Positions 14,901-28,800 of a stretch of 64,000 nucleotides of DNA are shown piece by piece; positions within the stretch are counted from its first letter, which is position 1; every line of letters starts with the position of its first letter. Below the pieces are notes generated by a model. That model ran no database searches. It was not told the DNA's origin and worked only from the letters and a program-made list of their open reading frames with translations. The position numbers and the translations under genes were made by a program. The stretch comes from Lingula anatina (taxonomy: Eukaryota; Animalia; Brachiopoda), in assembly GCA_051362555.1 (NCBI GenBank), contig CM120640.1:22864225-22928224 (forward strand), given 5' to 3'.

Positions 14901-17900
14901 AAAGATTCCCAATGTCAGATATCCACCAGGTGAGGGGTATATCTGTGGTGGTTTACAATAATAATAATAATAATAGAAATAACCGCATTTGAAATATTAA
15001 TAGTGAGACTTTTTTTCATATCTTTGTCAAATGAGAAAACTTCCCAGCATACATAAATTCCTTTTATATTGAAAATGTCTAAATGTTATGCTTTTCTTTT
15101 TCCAAAAATTATGCAGGTTGAATCCAGGTACAACATGGTTCAATCATCTATTAACATAAAAATTTAAAAACGCATTATATTCTAGGCTCTCAAGTAGTGC
15201 TGGCCCAGCAGCCAGTCCATACAATCAGACCGAGTGCACCAGGAGCTCCAGTGGGTGGTACCAAGCCAGTGCAGGCCAATGCTGTACCAGGGATGCCAGC
15301 CCAGAGTGTGTCTGTTCAACCTGCTCAGTCACAGCCTATCCCCCTAGCACCTAATATAGCTCCTCAGGTGCAGAGGACACCATCACCCATCGTGTCCACC
15401 ACCAGCGCCACTAGCACCACCACCTCTGCGGTGGCACCACAGGTCAGTGTGGCACCGGTGGCACCAATCACAGCAGAAACGTCAACTGGGCTGGCAACAG
15501 TTGCACCTAGTGCTCAGACAGACGGTACAGATGGGTCAAAGTTAATAGGAGAACCACAGGTGAAAGTTGACAAAAAGGAGCCCCCAGAGAATGGTGAGAA
15601 AAGTGAGAATAAGATGACAACAACTAATGTAACTACTGCTGGTGCTAGTGCTGTGAACAAAACAGATACAATACCAGGGGATTTTGATGCCATGGACTCG
15701 TTAAAGTGGGAGAATGGGATTGGAATATTACCTGGAAGTGACCTCAAGGTAGGACACGACTTTCATATATACTTTCATAGATCACCCCTTGGTTAAAGAA
15801 ATTTAGCATCAAATGGTTAAATATATCTTATTTGAAACCATTTTCTGGATGTGGATGATATAAACAGTTGTGTCAAAAATAGTAATCAGCCCACATTATA
15901 GTATATTATATTTTGCTTTTGCATGGCCCTTTATATGGATTTTCTTTTATTGATTAATCTTCTTGTTGGTAGTTCCGTATGAATGAATTTGGAGGACTAG
16001 AAGTAGTGACAGATGATGTTGATGTTGAGGGAGAGGATCTTAAGAAGGACATAATACAAGAAGAGGGGATGGATGCTGGGTTTGAAGACTTGGAGGGTTG
16101 GTATATTTTCTGTGCTGCTAAGGTATTCAGACAAATTGTAGTGTCAGCATCCACTGTTCCTGTACCCAGAAAGTAATATGCAAATTCAATACTTCAAGAG
16201 TAAATAAATTGACAAACAACGATAGCAGTGTTGAATTTATGTGCTGTTAATTATTTCATATAAATTGTTTTTTTTTTTTTTTTTTTTTAGCAATATTGTC
16301 TTTTCATTTACAGACATCAAGGAAAAGTTGAGTGTTAGCAGCACTGATGAGATATGTCGGTGTGAAAATTGTGGTTGTTATGGTATTGCCAGTGAGTTTT
16401 GTAATTCTGGCCGATTCTGTAGCAAGTCTTGTGTGGGCATGTATGCTAGCAAGTAAGTGCATCTTGAACAACCTTTGTTTGGAATACGGCAATGTGCCAT
16501 GTTGTCATGTAATACCTGCATGAAACCAAATGCTTTAACAAGGTAACAAGATTGAGTTACTAGTTAAGAAGAAGTGCCAGAAATGTTCAAAATTTCAGAC
16601 TTTTAATGTGAAATTGTTGCTAAAAGCTTACCCGATTGAAACTAATTTTGTTGGCCTTTAAATTTTGTCCTTAAATCTCAATATAATTTTGTACAACTCT
16701 GACCCTTTTAAATAACTCTTTTGCACTTGTAATATCAATTTAAAATTTTACTTGTCATGACCAAAAATTTTTGCCATTCAGAGCTTTCATGTGTGAACTC
16801 CCATTTTAAGTCATATAATGACAGTTTTTCTCTGAACTGATTGTATTTTGATGTACTAAATAGTTTCTTCTTTGATCTCAGATTGAATCTTGCATTGGTT
16901 TGACTATTGCTGTGTAATTGAGTGTTGTGGTTTGAAGAGTCAAACTAAATTTTTTATTATGGCATCTAAACAGTTTCAGTAACATAGATTTAAATGTCTT
17001 TTTAGGAGAGGTCTTCTTGCAAAGAAAGGGCTGATTCCCAAAGCAAACAGCGCTGAAGGATTGAAGCTAAAGAAAAGGAAGAGGGCTATGATGGCTAGTG
17101 TAGGAAAGGAACTTGTCACCCAAGCAAAATTTGCCAAGAGACAGGAAGAAGAGAATGTTGCTGCTAAGACCAATGGGAATGGACCTGGTAAGCAGGAACA
17201 AAAGAATGATGCAGTCATTCAACAAGTTAAACCTAATATTGAAGTGAATAACTCTCTGTATGCCCTATCATCATCTAGAGCTTTAACTTGCAGTTTCAAC
17301 AACTTAAGAGGCAAAGGATGATTAAATGTGAAATGTTTGTTTTGATGGCAAACTATTTTAAACAGTTATGCCTTTTGTTTAAATCATTTGTTTACAGCAT
17401 TAGTACATGTCATGATCTTGGAACTTAGACTGCACCCTGAGGTGTATTAATCAGTAGAGTTTTTGTGTATTGTTGCTTTTAGGAAGAAAAAAGGGTTTTA
17501 ATTGGCAAACTTACATGGAGCAGGAAAGATCAGTGGCTGCACCAGATAGGTTGTTTGTAAATGTAGGTATCAGAATGTGGAATCAGTCTCTAATTATTGC
17601 TTTTGCAATAGTTACCTTTTACATTAAAAGGGCTAAGACTTGCCTCATTGAATTTTTTCAACCTTTCATGATATACAGCATATTCAAAAATCAACAAATG
17701 AGGTATTGGTGAAATGTTGTAGAAGTGTTAAGTTTTCACTTGCTATCATCCACACAGGCTTTTCCACAAAATAAGAATAGCTTCAGAGTTGGTATGAAGC
17801 TGGAAGGCATTGACCCCAAGCACCCATCATTGTACAGTGTTCTGACTGTGGCAGAGGTCTGCGGCTATCGTCTACGCCTCCATTTTGACGGCTACTCTGA

Positions 17901-20900
17901 ATGCTATGATTTCTGGACTAATGCAGACTCTCCTGAGATCTTTCCAGCTGGATGGTGTGAGAAGAGTGACAAAGAACTACAGCCGCCTAAAGGTACATTT
18001 AAGCCTTGATTATCACATCTTCGCTTGTCTCTCATGTTGACTATAGTGTTTTCTTAGCTAGGCTAAGCAAAAGGACTGTGCGCAGCTGTATTCAAGCTAT
18101 ATGATGTGCTAGTCAGCCATTTTAACATATTTATTCTTGTATCAGAGCCATTGATATCAAAAGTGGATAAAGTATCAACATAGCAGTGTTTTAGTTATAT
18201 TTTTTAGCACTGTGAAGCAAATGGGCATTATATTGCCCAAATACAAGGTGGTTGGTTTTTGACACTTCTGTATATGGTGCATTGGTCTGACCTCTGTTTA
18301 TAAGCAACTTTTAACCCAGTTGAAATAATATGGCTGGTGGTTGACTTTGAACACCATTGTTTCCACTGTCCTTTTTTTGTGCACAAAATTTATTTTGTGG
18401 TGAATTTGCACATATGTTTTGAAAAATCGATGCAAGTCACTTCTGTTTTACCAATTCTGGTGGAGCTTGTGTGGTGGAACATGCACATTAACTTTGAACC
18501 AATTAGTGGCGCAGTATTATACTAGCCTTACTTTTCCCTCTTAGCTAACCAGTAGGTTGGGTTGCATTAACTTTTCATTTCAAACAAAACTTAACGTCCT
18601 TTTCCATTTTTTCCATTGATGACCAACCCAACAGGGCTTGGTAAGTCAAAACTTAGTTTTGTAAAAGCTAGGCAACATTTTTTTTTTTTTCTTTTTTTTT
18701 TTCAAAATGAAATGAGACAAAATAGACTTGAATATCTGGTATTTTCCCAGTCAAAAATATTTGAACATTCTTAAATGGTTGAACATTAAAAAAAAACAAA
18801 CTTAGTACTAGGCCACTGCCGTGAAAAATAAGACATATGATACAAATAAATGTGAATCCACAATAAATCCTTGTTGTTATTCCTGATCTCAATTACAACA
18901 GAACAAAAGTAACTCTTTGGTTTTCACTGGTTGAGTTTCCTTGCTATGTAATGTATTGTATGAATAAAGGTAATTTGAGTCAATTATTTAGTATTTGACA
19001 GGTAATCCTGATTGATAACTGTCTTATTAATTATGTGAAGTTATAGTACATGTACCAATGCTGTTCTATTTAGGATTTACACCACAGACTTTCAATTGGA
19101 ATCACTACTTGAAGTTGTCCAAGGCTTCACCGGCACCAAAACATCTTTTTAGTGTACAACAAGCAGCTGTAAGTGGATTTTTGTGTTAACACATATTCTT
19201 ATAAAATCTTCCTTCCATGGACTTGAGCATTGTCAGTCAATTTGCAGATTGCAGCCAATTTTACTGTGGTGTTACCATTGATTGGCATTATGCAGACTTG
19301 AATATTGTCAGCATGTTAGTTGATTTCAGTCAATTCTTTCAATTAATGTCTGCTTACGTCTGATTTTACGTGCAGATATAAATTATTCATTATCATTTGT
19401 TCTGCCTAGAATACAGTTATGTTCAAAATTTTTCAATATCTTTCCAAAACTTTTTTTTTTTTGTAAAATGATATTGCTTTTGTTATAATACAGTTTTAAC
19501 ATGCTAAACTCCAATGTGTAGCATCACTGGCAAATCAGAAGAATTTTCAGTATTGGCAATGTAAAAAACAAAGCTACTAATCAATATCTTGTAATGCTAT
19601 AAGAAGAAAAATGAGATGAAATATTAGACTAGAAGCCATTAAGAAGCCTTTACTGCTAATCATTGAAAATGCTATTTGTATCGTTTACACATCTTGACAT
19701 ATTTCTTTCCTTTACCTTAGTCTGTTACACCACATGGCTTCAGAATAGGATTAAAACTGGAAGCTGTAGACAAGAAAAATACAGCTTTAACTTGCGTTGC
19801 CACAGTGGCAGATGTGGTTGGCGATCGTCTTCTAATCCATTTCGATGGTTGGGAAGACATTTATGACTACTGGTGTGAACCCACTTCCCCTTACATTCAC
19901 CCTGTGGGATGGTGTCAAGAGAATGGAAAGGCACTCTCACCACCAAATGGTTAGTTCTTCAACTCACATTTTCTGTGGTGTTTCCACCATTTATCTGGAA
20001 TGTACCCTATCAATTATTAAAAAAAAATTTTTAGATGTTGAAAAAACAGTTAAAACAATTTATAACAGGAAATTGTAATTTCTCAAATGGGAAAATGGAA
20101 CATTTTTTTAGGTTTGAATTTTGGATTTATTTCTAATGATCCCAACAAACTGTTTTTTTTTTTTTTTTTTCTCTAATATTCAGACTGTAAAGATGTGTCC
20201 AGTTTCACGTGGGAGGATTATTTACGACAAACCAAATCCCAACCAGTTCCCTCTAGAGCATTCAAAGCTGTAAGTATATGTCTGCAAATGAGAATATTAT
20301 GGTAGCAAGACTTGTTGTATGTCTGTATTAACATTTTATTTTTTCATTTCTTTGTTTAAAATGTTCTAGAACCAACAAAGATTATTATTAGATTGATTTG
20401 AATGCTTAGCACTAGATCATAGTTTTTATTTTGAATATGTGAGAGAAAACACCAGTCTGAATCACCAGGTTACTATTGTAGGAAAATGTTTGCTCTAGGT
20501 TTGGGAATAACTGATCATCTGTTGGCTGTGTATGTGTGTGCATAAGTATGAAATTATATATGATTCCTTCTTTTTGTTATACCATTGTCATTTAGAAGCA
20601 TCTTTAAAGATTTTAGTGATACTAGTCCCTTATTTTTCTTTGTTTGAAAAGGGATTCTGATTTCCATGAAAAGTTAAGTATTACTAGATGGTAATTGCTA
20701 AGATTTACAGCTAGGGCAACCTCACTTATATACTTTAAGTACCCGAGCAACCCTGAATCGTCAAAAGACACTATTGTCACACTTCAGCGTCCCCCTCTGA
20801 GATTTGAAGCTGGCTACAAACTGGAGGCAGTTGACAAGAGGAACCCGATCTTGGTACGGGTGGCTACAGTAGCTGAGGCTGAAGATTACCGTGTAAAGCT

Positions 20901-23688
20901 GCACTTTGATGGCTGGTCTGATGTGTATGATTACTGGGTGGACGATGACTCCCCAGATTTACACCCTGTTGGCTGGTGCAGCAAGACAGGACACCCACTG
21001 CAGCCACCTGTTGGTGAGTTGATGGTGGAATTGATTATGGACTCAAAGAAAAATTAAACTTTTATAAAGAAGAGTGCTAATATTTTCTGACTTAGACATT
21101 GATTTGTTATAAATTTGCTAAAGTGGGGATTTTAGAAAATGGTAATCATGGCAGTTAATAACTAGACATACCAGTGATGTCTTAACAATGAAAATAACTT
21201 GTATGTTGGACAGAGATGGCTAGAGTGCATTATTATGATACTTTCAACTATTTTTAGGTCCTGCAGACTTAATTGTGAATGAAGATGGCAGTGGGTGCCC
21301 CACTCCAGGCTGTAAGGGGATTGGACACATCAAGGGAGCCAAGTACATTGGACATCACAGGTGGGTGATACACTGTTATTGTACAGAAAGAAACATGGGT
21401 GTTCATTTGTGAACAACAAAATTTCTGTCTGATTAAAAATTGCTCTTATAGTAACTGTTTTTATTATGTACTAAATGAAGAAATGTTTTTTGTCTGCAAA
21501 TGGAAAGGTACTTTAGGAGATATAATTTCTATGTGGTTAAATTTTATGACTACTCTATTAAATTAACAGGTTTTTAAAATTATTTTTAAATGAATCCAAG
21601 GTCTTTGGGAGAACACTGTCACAGTTGCACAAACTTGAACATTTACTGAACTCTTTTCTTTCAGTGCTTTTGGGTGTCCATACTCTAATCTGAATATGAA
21701 CAAGGAAACCGCACTGGCAGACAGACTGGGACCTACGAGAACAGAGCTGGCAGAGATGAAAGCCAGAAAACTGAGTATTTCTCCTGATGAAAAGTGAGTT
21801 TCACTCACACAACAGTATATTATTAAAATAACAACTTTTGTAAAAAGCACAGTGTTAGGTTTAACTAAGTTGCCCTTATGTTAAAAATTCTGCGTTATGT
21901 TCATGGTTTTTTCCAGCACAGAAAAGAAATATACATAGTTTTACAAAATATAACAAAAAACTACAAGATGTGTAACACCCTTATACACTTGTATAACAGT
22001 AGCCATCTCTCTTTCAGTTTACATGTAAATAAAGATGTATATTAAACAAATAGAAATGACCAGCTATGCTTACTGTATTTCATGGTTGAAGCACTAAAAA
22101 AATGTCCATTGCTTGCCATTTTAATACTTGGCCAAGTAGCTGCAGCAGTATATTATCAGTATTTTTTTTTTTTTTTTTTTTTTTTTTGAAACACTTCTTT
22201 TGCCATTTACAAGACTGTTTTAAGTTGCTAATTTATTAATCTGGTTGAAGGTATTGACAGGTTTGAAATGACAAATTGTTCATAAAGAAGTGACGCAAAT
22301 ATGCAAATATTCCCTTTCATGTAGGAAGTGCCCCACTTCTGGTTGTGATAGTTCTGGCCACATAACAGGCAAATACACCTCCCATCACCGCATCTCTGGC
22401 TGCCCCCTGGCAGAACAGAACAGAATCAAAATGGAGGAAGAGGGTTTGATGAACGGAACAGGATACGAGAGGGATGATGACTATCAACCTGTGCGTCTTA
22501 CATACAAAAAGCTGCACAACAAAATACCTGGGAAACGCGGAAGAAAAAAGTAATATTGTAGCTCTAAAATTGAAATTTATTAAAATGGAAGCATTATTAT
22601 TATTATTATTATTATTTTTTTTTTTTTTTTTTTTTTATTTAATTTTTTGCAATGTATTAATGCATAAAGAAGTCGCTAGCTATTATCTTGGAAATTTGAG
22701 AAAGGCTCATTTTAGAATGAATTTGAAAAGAAATGTATATAGATGTATTATAATTGTATATTTTGATGTTTTAGGCATAAATTCCATGGAAACAGGCGTT
22801 TACTGAAGGAGGAATACAGAGAACCTAAAGGTACACCTCCTTTGGGATAAGTTATGATTAATTATTTTAATACAGCAACTCTTAAAGGGGAATGAAACTT
22901 ACGTTGTAGAATGCATCCAATGCTATGTTTCACATGCTTATCCAATAGACCAGAGTGTATTTAAGAGCTACGTAAAAGGAGTGCACTGCATCAATGTAAA
23001 AATGACATATTAATCTTCAGTCACGTACAGGGCATTACAGAGATGCCCTGCTTTATAAAGTCTACTCCTCTATTCCAGACATGCATGCCCTCCACCAGGG
23101 TATCCACCAGTCAGTGTTTATGCCCCCGTCAGCCCCTACTCCCAACAAAGACATGCCCCTGTGCTGGGAGCAACATTCCAAACTGTTGCCTGGTGTAGAC
23201 AAGATCCTGGGGGGCCAGGTGGCCAAGTGGAGCATTGATGATGTGGCCAACTTCATCAGGACATTGCCAGGATGTATGGAACAAGCTAATGTCTTCAAAG
23301 AAGAGGTGAGGGCTTTAGTTTTTTTACACAGTTCATTTTGACAGTGTACGACAGTTCAGTTTAAGTACAGATGCTTTGTTCAGTCATAAGCTTTTGTATA
23401 TTTCTTCATTTATTTAATGTTAACTACTTACAACTTATATTGTATTTGCAGTGGACCAACACTTAAGAATTATTTGCTACATATTGTCTTTATTCAGTAC
23501 TTATGTGATAATGGGCGTGCTTTGTATCAAGTAACAAGTTTAATATATTCGTTTTACAGCAAATTGATGGCGAAGCCTTCCTATTACTGAATCAGGCAGA
23601 TATTGTGAAAATTATGAACATAAAGCTTGGCCCAGCTTTGAAGATATACAATAGCATCGTCATGTTTAAGAAGACTGTTGAATTATAG
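11962..23688 (+). CDS. L3MBTL3: Lethal(3)malignant brain tumor-like protein (L3MBTL1/3/4 family): Q/P/A-rich N-terminus, FCS zinc finger, 3 MBT repeats, 2 C2HC zinc fingers, SAM domain
   Basis: Exons 11962-12238, 14497-14598, 14813-14929, 15186-15748, 15973-16096, 16314-16452, 17006-17187, 17483-17562, 17758-17992, 19074-19168, 19721-19949, 20184-20269, 20788-21013, 21258-21360, 21665-21793, 22325-22549, 22775-22830, 23079-23305, 23560-23688 (TAG), all GT-AG with compatible phases. Motifs: LPGSDLKFRMNEFG; [12 protein letters not shown]; [25 protein letters not shown]; [20 protein letters not shown]; [20 protein letters not shown]; [19 protein letters not shown]; [19 protein letters not shown]; [29 protein letters not shown]. 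Invertebrate co-orthologue of L3MBTL1/3/4, so the symbol is approximate. Confidence 0.95.
13912..14048 (+). repeat. Dispersed repeat fragment, copy 2 of 3 (L3MBTL intron)
   Basis: CCAACCAAATGCCACCATATAGTTTCAAATAGAATAACTT..GACATTGTT..ATTTGAACAGATATTTTCTGC, similar to the copies at 5870 and 37548. Confidence 0.75.
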
Positions 23689-24573
23689 GTCATTGGTGGC
23701 TTGAAAAAGGTGCTTAGGCCAACACCAACTTGTTTTTACAGAGACTTTTTCGCCATATTGCCAGCTTGGCATTTCATAATTTAGATATCATATGGAGTAT
23801 ATAGAAAAGAGGAACAAGACTGCTCAAGTAGGACGTAGAGTGCTTGTATGTGATTAGACTTCTTTAATCTGGAAAGGAAGATAGAAGTGCTTCAGTTTCC
23901 ATTGTTTTTGCCTTTCACTGCTTAAATCTTTATGCAGAGGTGTCTTAAATTGGAATTATGCTGCACATTTGTATATACATTTTAGTATGTACAGCATTCA
24001 CAGTTGTGGAAGTAGAAGCAGTACCTATTAAATAGAATCATCAATATCAGTGAGAATGTGCTTTAATTTTATTGGGAGAAAACTGATAATGTTTTACATT
24101 TATTTACAAAACAAATCTTTTTCATTGGTTTATTATACCATTTCTATCTATATGAATTATAGCAATATGTAAAGGGAGTACTACTGGTATTTTGAACCAT
24201 TGTGCAATAAACTGTCTCTAGATTATCTCGAGGTCTCTGCTTGTAGTTTTGCATAAAGGAATTGGTTGGTTTATGTAGTGGGTGTCAGTTTAGGACATGT
24301 CTAAACAATTCAACCACTTACTTGGTTATATTAGGATTTCTATAGTAACTACCAGTTTGTTTCCTTTTCAATGAAATCAAGTTATCATGTTTCTCTTTTG
24401 ATGCTTGATAGTAATCTACATATTTCATTGTAACATTTTTTGAAGCTATTATTTAATTATTTCTCTAAGAGAGATTAAGTTTATATATACTTGAGGGGAT
24501 TTATTGATGACAATTGTAAATATTTGTGGAAGAGGTGACTATCAATCTTTTCTCTGTACATATCTAGATAACC

Positions 24574-24579
24574 AATAAA
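24574..24579 (+). terminator. Candidate poly(A) signal of L3MBTL
   Basis: AATAAA ~890 nt after the stop, followed by a T-rich/GT downstream tract (~24610-24625). An upstream alternative AATAAA lies at 24206-24211. Confidence 0.45.
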
Positions 24580-25860
24580 TCATTTTATCCCAGGAAATCA
24601 AGCACTACACTTTTTCTTTTCGTGTCACTTCCCAAGATTGCCTCTTTTGAAATGTACTAAAGTGTTATAAAATGACATACCAAACTACAAAAAGTTCATT
24701 TGTATGACTAAAATTGGCATGTTTTATACATGATCTTATAAATGGAACTTGAAAAACTCTGGATAAATTTACAATGAGAGATTTATTCTGTAATTTTAAT
24801 ATACAGAGATGTATCATTTGGTAAACTACAACCAAGCAAGTAATATTGCATTCATGACAGGTACATTCCAAGTTTCAAATAATAAATTTAAAAAAATTCT
24901 CTGTTCAGGTTGACTGCATGACAAATATACATCCTAAACTAGGCCAGTAAAGCAATTATAATAATTAAAAATATTTATAGTCAGTAGTCATAAAGAAATG
25001 AAATATGAATAATCATTATGAACTAATCCTGAAATGAGGGTGTACAGTGCTGATGTCCAATGGGTCATCTTTCATTCACTTTCTAGATCAATTTTTAAGA
25101 TACATTGTGCTTCTGCATTTTTTCCACTGGTATATCTGATTTTGACTGACTGTTATTATGTTTTCCAAAAGCAATTTTACAGCTAAAGCATAGCAACATG
25201 TAAGATCTAAAACATTCAAAGGCAATTAAACAAATAGGAGGGAAAGTTAAATTGAAGAATCAAATGGATATTCATGAAGCAGACTGACAAAAAGTCATCA
25301 CTAGTCATGGAAATGACATATCATTAAATAAAGTCGCACATTAATATGAACTACATTGTACAGTTCAGAAAAACTATTTATACAACCAGTACAACATGTT
25401 ATTTTAGTTGTAAAATATCTGCTTATATAGCTATAATATATACATTGCAAAGATGATTGATATTTAAAAACAAACTTGAAATGAACAATGTGAGAAATTT
25501 CATAATGTCAATAAATATTTGATGCATTATATGATCCACAATGAATGAGGAACACCATCAAAGATCTGTTCAGATTCTATATGTACATAAAATTAACAAG
25601 ATCTCTGTACCATTCCTATAACAGCAGTTGATATATGATCAACAAACGTGCACTTAGTCTTGTAGGACTCCTTAATGTAACTTAAAACTGGACTTACACA
25701 ACATGTTCTTTAAATCTGTCTTTTCATAAAACTGCTCGATTGTCATAAGCTAGATATTTCTTTGCAAATCGCAGAGTTCATGATTCTTTTTTCTTCATTT
25801 AAAGATTTTTCTCCTCTGGTTTGCTGATCAATTTAACAGCCTTTACAGACATCTATAGAA

Positions 25861-28800
25861 TCACTTCAAGTATCTGAAATTAAAAAGAAAGAAATTTTGG
25901 TCAGTTTGTCTAGCTAACAAAATTAAACACATTTTGGATAGACACATAATAAAAGTCCCCCCACCAAATTCTCTGCACACACATGGCCACACACAAATAA
26001 ATATAACCTGGCTCCACAAGTGTGAAAGAAGAATAAAATTGCCATAACTATTTTCAAGGTCTGCCCCATTAACATCAAGATACATTTACATTATGTAATG
26101 TGTAAGAAAAATGTGAAGTGCAAATAAAAGGGAAAATTAGGATGAAGGAATTGCTTTTGAGCTAGAATATATGTTCCTCAATAATTTAGTAAAACTATTT
26201 TTCTTGTATGAAGAATTTGGAATGGCAAAAGTGGGCTGTGCAAGGATGACAGAAAGTTTGCACATGTGACTGAATGTGTGCAGATTTAAAGTTCAGATTA
26301 CAAAGAAGACAAGACTGGTAATGATGGGTTCATGATTGAAACATTAGGTGACCAGTACAGGATATAATACTTAAAGGCTGCACACAAATCAAAAAAAATT
26401 CTCCACAAACATGCTTCTGTTTAATGGTAAAGAAATGACCAAAAGAGAAACTGTGATCACCCAAGGCAGTATTTGTTTGGGAAAAATTCATTCGTGGTAA
26501 AGAAAGCATGGTGTGAGGTTGACTGTGGAAAAGTAATGTCTGTACACAGATGGTTCACACTCTCAATAACTCGGTCATAGGGTGAGGGTGGGGATGACAA
26601 TGTGAACAGCTATCAAACCTGCAAACAGCCCTATCACCCAAGCTAAGAATGTTTTTTATTCAGGATGTGGCTGATAGCAGCTTACCTTCATCCTGACTGC
26701 TGGAGAGAAGACAACACACAACAATTTATATCAACCACAGACTTATAAAAACACATAAAACAATACAAGACAAGACAACAAAGGGGAAAACAATGATAAT
26801 CTAAATTGCCCTCTGAGTGTTACCTTTGTTAAAAGTTGTTAGAATGTTAATATGTACACATGATGATAATATGGAAAAGGAGCAAAGCATACATTTTACT
26901 CAGGGAAAAGAAAGAGTAGAACAGTGTCCTGGGTAAAAGATACCACAGTGATGTTTAGTAACAGCTCAATGAGATTGATGTCTCAATTCCTGTTGTAATA
27001 ATGCAAAGAACTGCCTTCAAAAACAGGTGAATGGTGATGGCATTTTTAAATTACCAACCACATTACAAGTCATCTAGCGATATCAAAGGGAAAACTGAAA
27101 ATGTGCAGTGTAAGTAACATGCAACTTTTCAATTTATTTTGCTGTTTGCAAGCTAACGCAGTGTTCCTAATGTAATATTTAACAACATTCATGCAGCGTG
27201 TCCTTACTTAGCTGCCCAGTCCGTCCTTCCAGTGACCTGCACCTGCTGCCCTGACCGGACACCTGCCGAATTCTTATTAAGTGACGGTAGCACTGTGGGC
27301 TGCTGTCTTTTCCAGCCTCCAGCTCCATAATCTGAAAAAAATAAGGGTTAACAAGAATTAGGAAGAGATCAATGTAAGAAACGTGTATTAAAATCAGGCA
27401 ATTCAAAAGTCCTCTTTATTAATCAACTTTGATTTACAAATCAATCCTGAACTTCAGGCAGGATTTTGAGCATGGTAATATTAGCACGAAAAATGAGCAT
27501 GCTACCCTTGTAAATCATGAGCTAGAGGATAACATTAAGGAGATATGCACAGAAACTAAATATAAAAGGCATTTAACCAAAAATGTGCCAACTAAAACAA
27601 AATAAAAAGGCATGACTCACTGTTTTTATTTGCAGAGCCCAAGAAGGAGGGGACATAGCCTGTTGTAGTGCCCCCTGCATTAGCTGTGAAGGAAGAAAAA
27701 CAAAAAGGTGCAACCATCATAAGCAGAACAGACACCAAAATGAAATTAATTAAATTATCCATTATGTAATACACCGTTTAAAAAAGACACGTCAAAGCAA
27801 TCCAAAATAAATTAAATAAAGACACAAACAACATGACAAACAATACCTGAAATATCACATCAAAATAGTTTTTTATTATTACTATTTTTTTTTTTTTTTT
27901 TTTTTTTTTTTTGCATGTAATACTTCTATCAAAGGTATATATCAAAGGCATAAGTTTATAGAAAAACCTTTAACACGTGAACATTGCTTTTGCTGTACAG
28001 CACCTAGCTTGTTTAACCCAGCAGTCACTGTTGTTGTTACTTACCATTATTTGTCCTGTTAATGTTCATGGTCCCTACATTGGCTTTATTTGTCCCCCAA
28101 GTAGAGGCACTGTATTTGGCACTTTCTCGTGTGTTGATACCTTAGGGGAGAGAAAGTAAAATGGTGAATACTGCTTTAAAGTTAGATTATCTATTTAAGC
28201 TTTACATATTTTTAATCTTTATTTTTGATTGTTCCCAAACACCTTAAGAAAATGGTCAGACTCTTCAATGTGCTACTTCTTTACAACTTTACACATATTC
28301 TGGCTATTACACCAAGATGGTGATAACAAATGAGTTTTGGCATAGCTTGATTACTACTGTCAGTTACCTTACCTGGTAGATACCTGGCCTTGTTCAAGTA
28401 ATGTTGCTTTGCTGAAGATGCTGAGGATCTCCCAGAGCCCATTCTACCAACAGCACCAACTGGCTTGTGGACAGGCTTCTCTTTAAGACTACTGCAATAC
28501 ACATAGTATGAATAGATATAATATTCAACTGTTTTATTTAGAATTTCAATGCACAAATAAACCAAACTATAATATTCACCTCCTTCAAGCAGTGGTTTGA
28601 AAACATCTACCAAAAGAAAACTTACTTTATCGATCTTTATTGTTAACATGCAAGATTAAATTGTCACAACAGTTTATATTATAAATGTTGCTGATGGCAT
28701 TGGCCAACGCACATGAGAAAAATTACAAACATGCCAAAAAACTGTCCGGTTTACACCTGCCATTACTAACTAGCCTTAATGAGGACTAATCTTGTGCACA

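Noticed and set aside
27190-27210. Apparent nonsense mutation or stop read-through in the MAK tail ([12 protein letters not shown])
   Set aside because: The TAA is part of the splice donor AA|GTAAGG; the motif is completed as KYLK* by the exon at 25873-25861.
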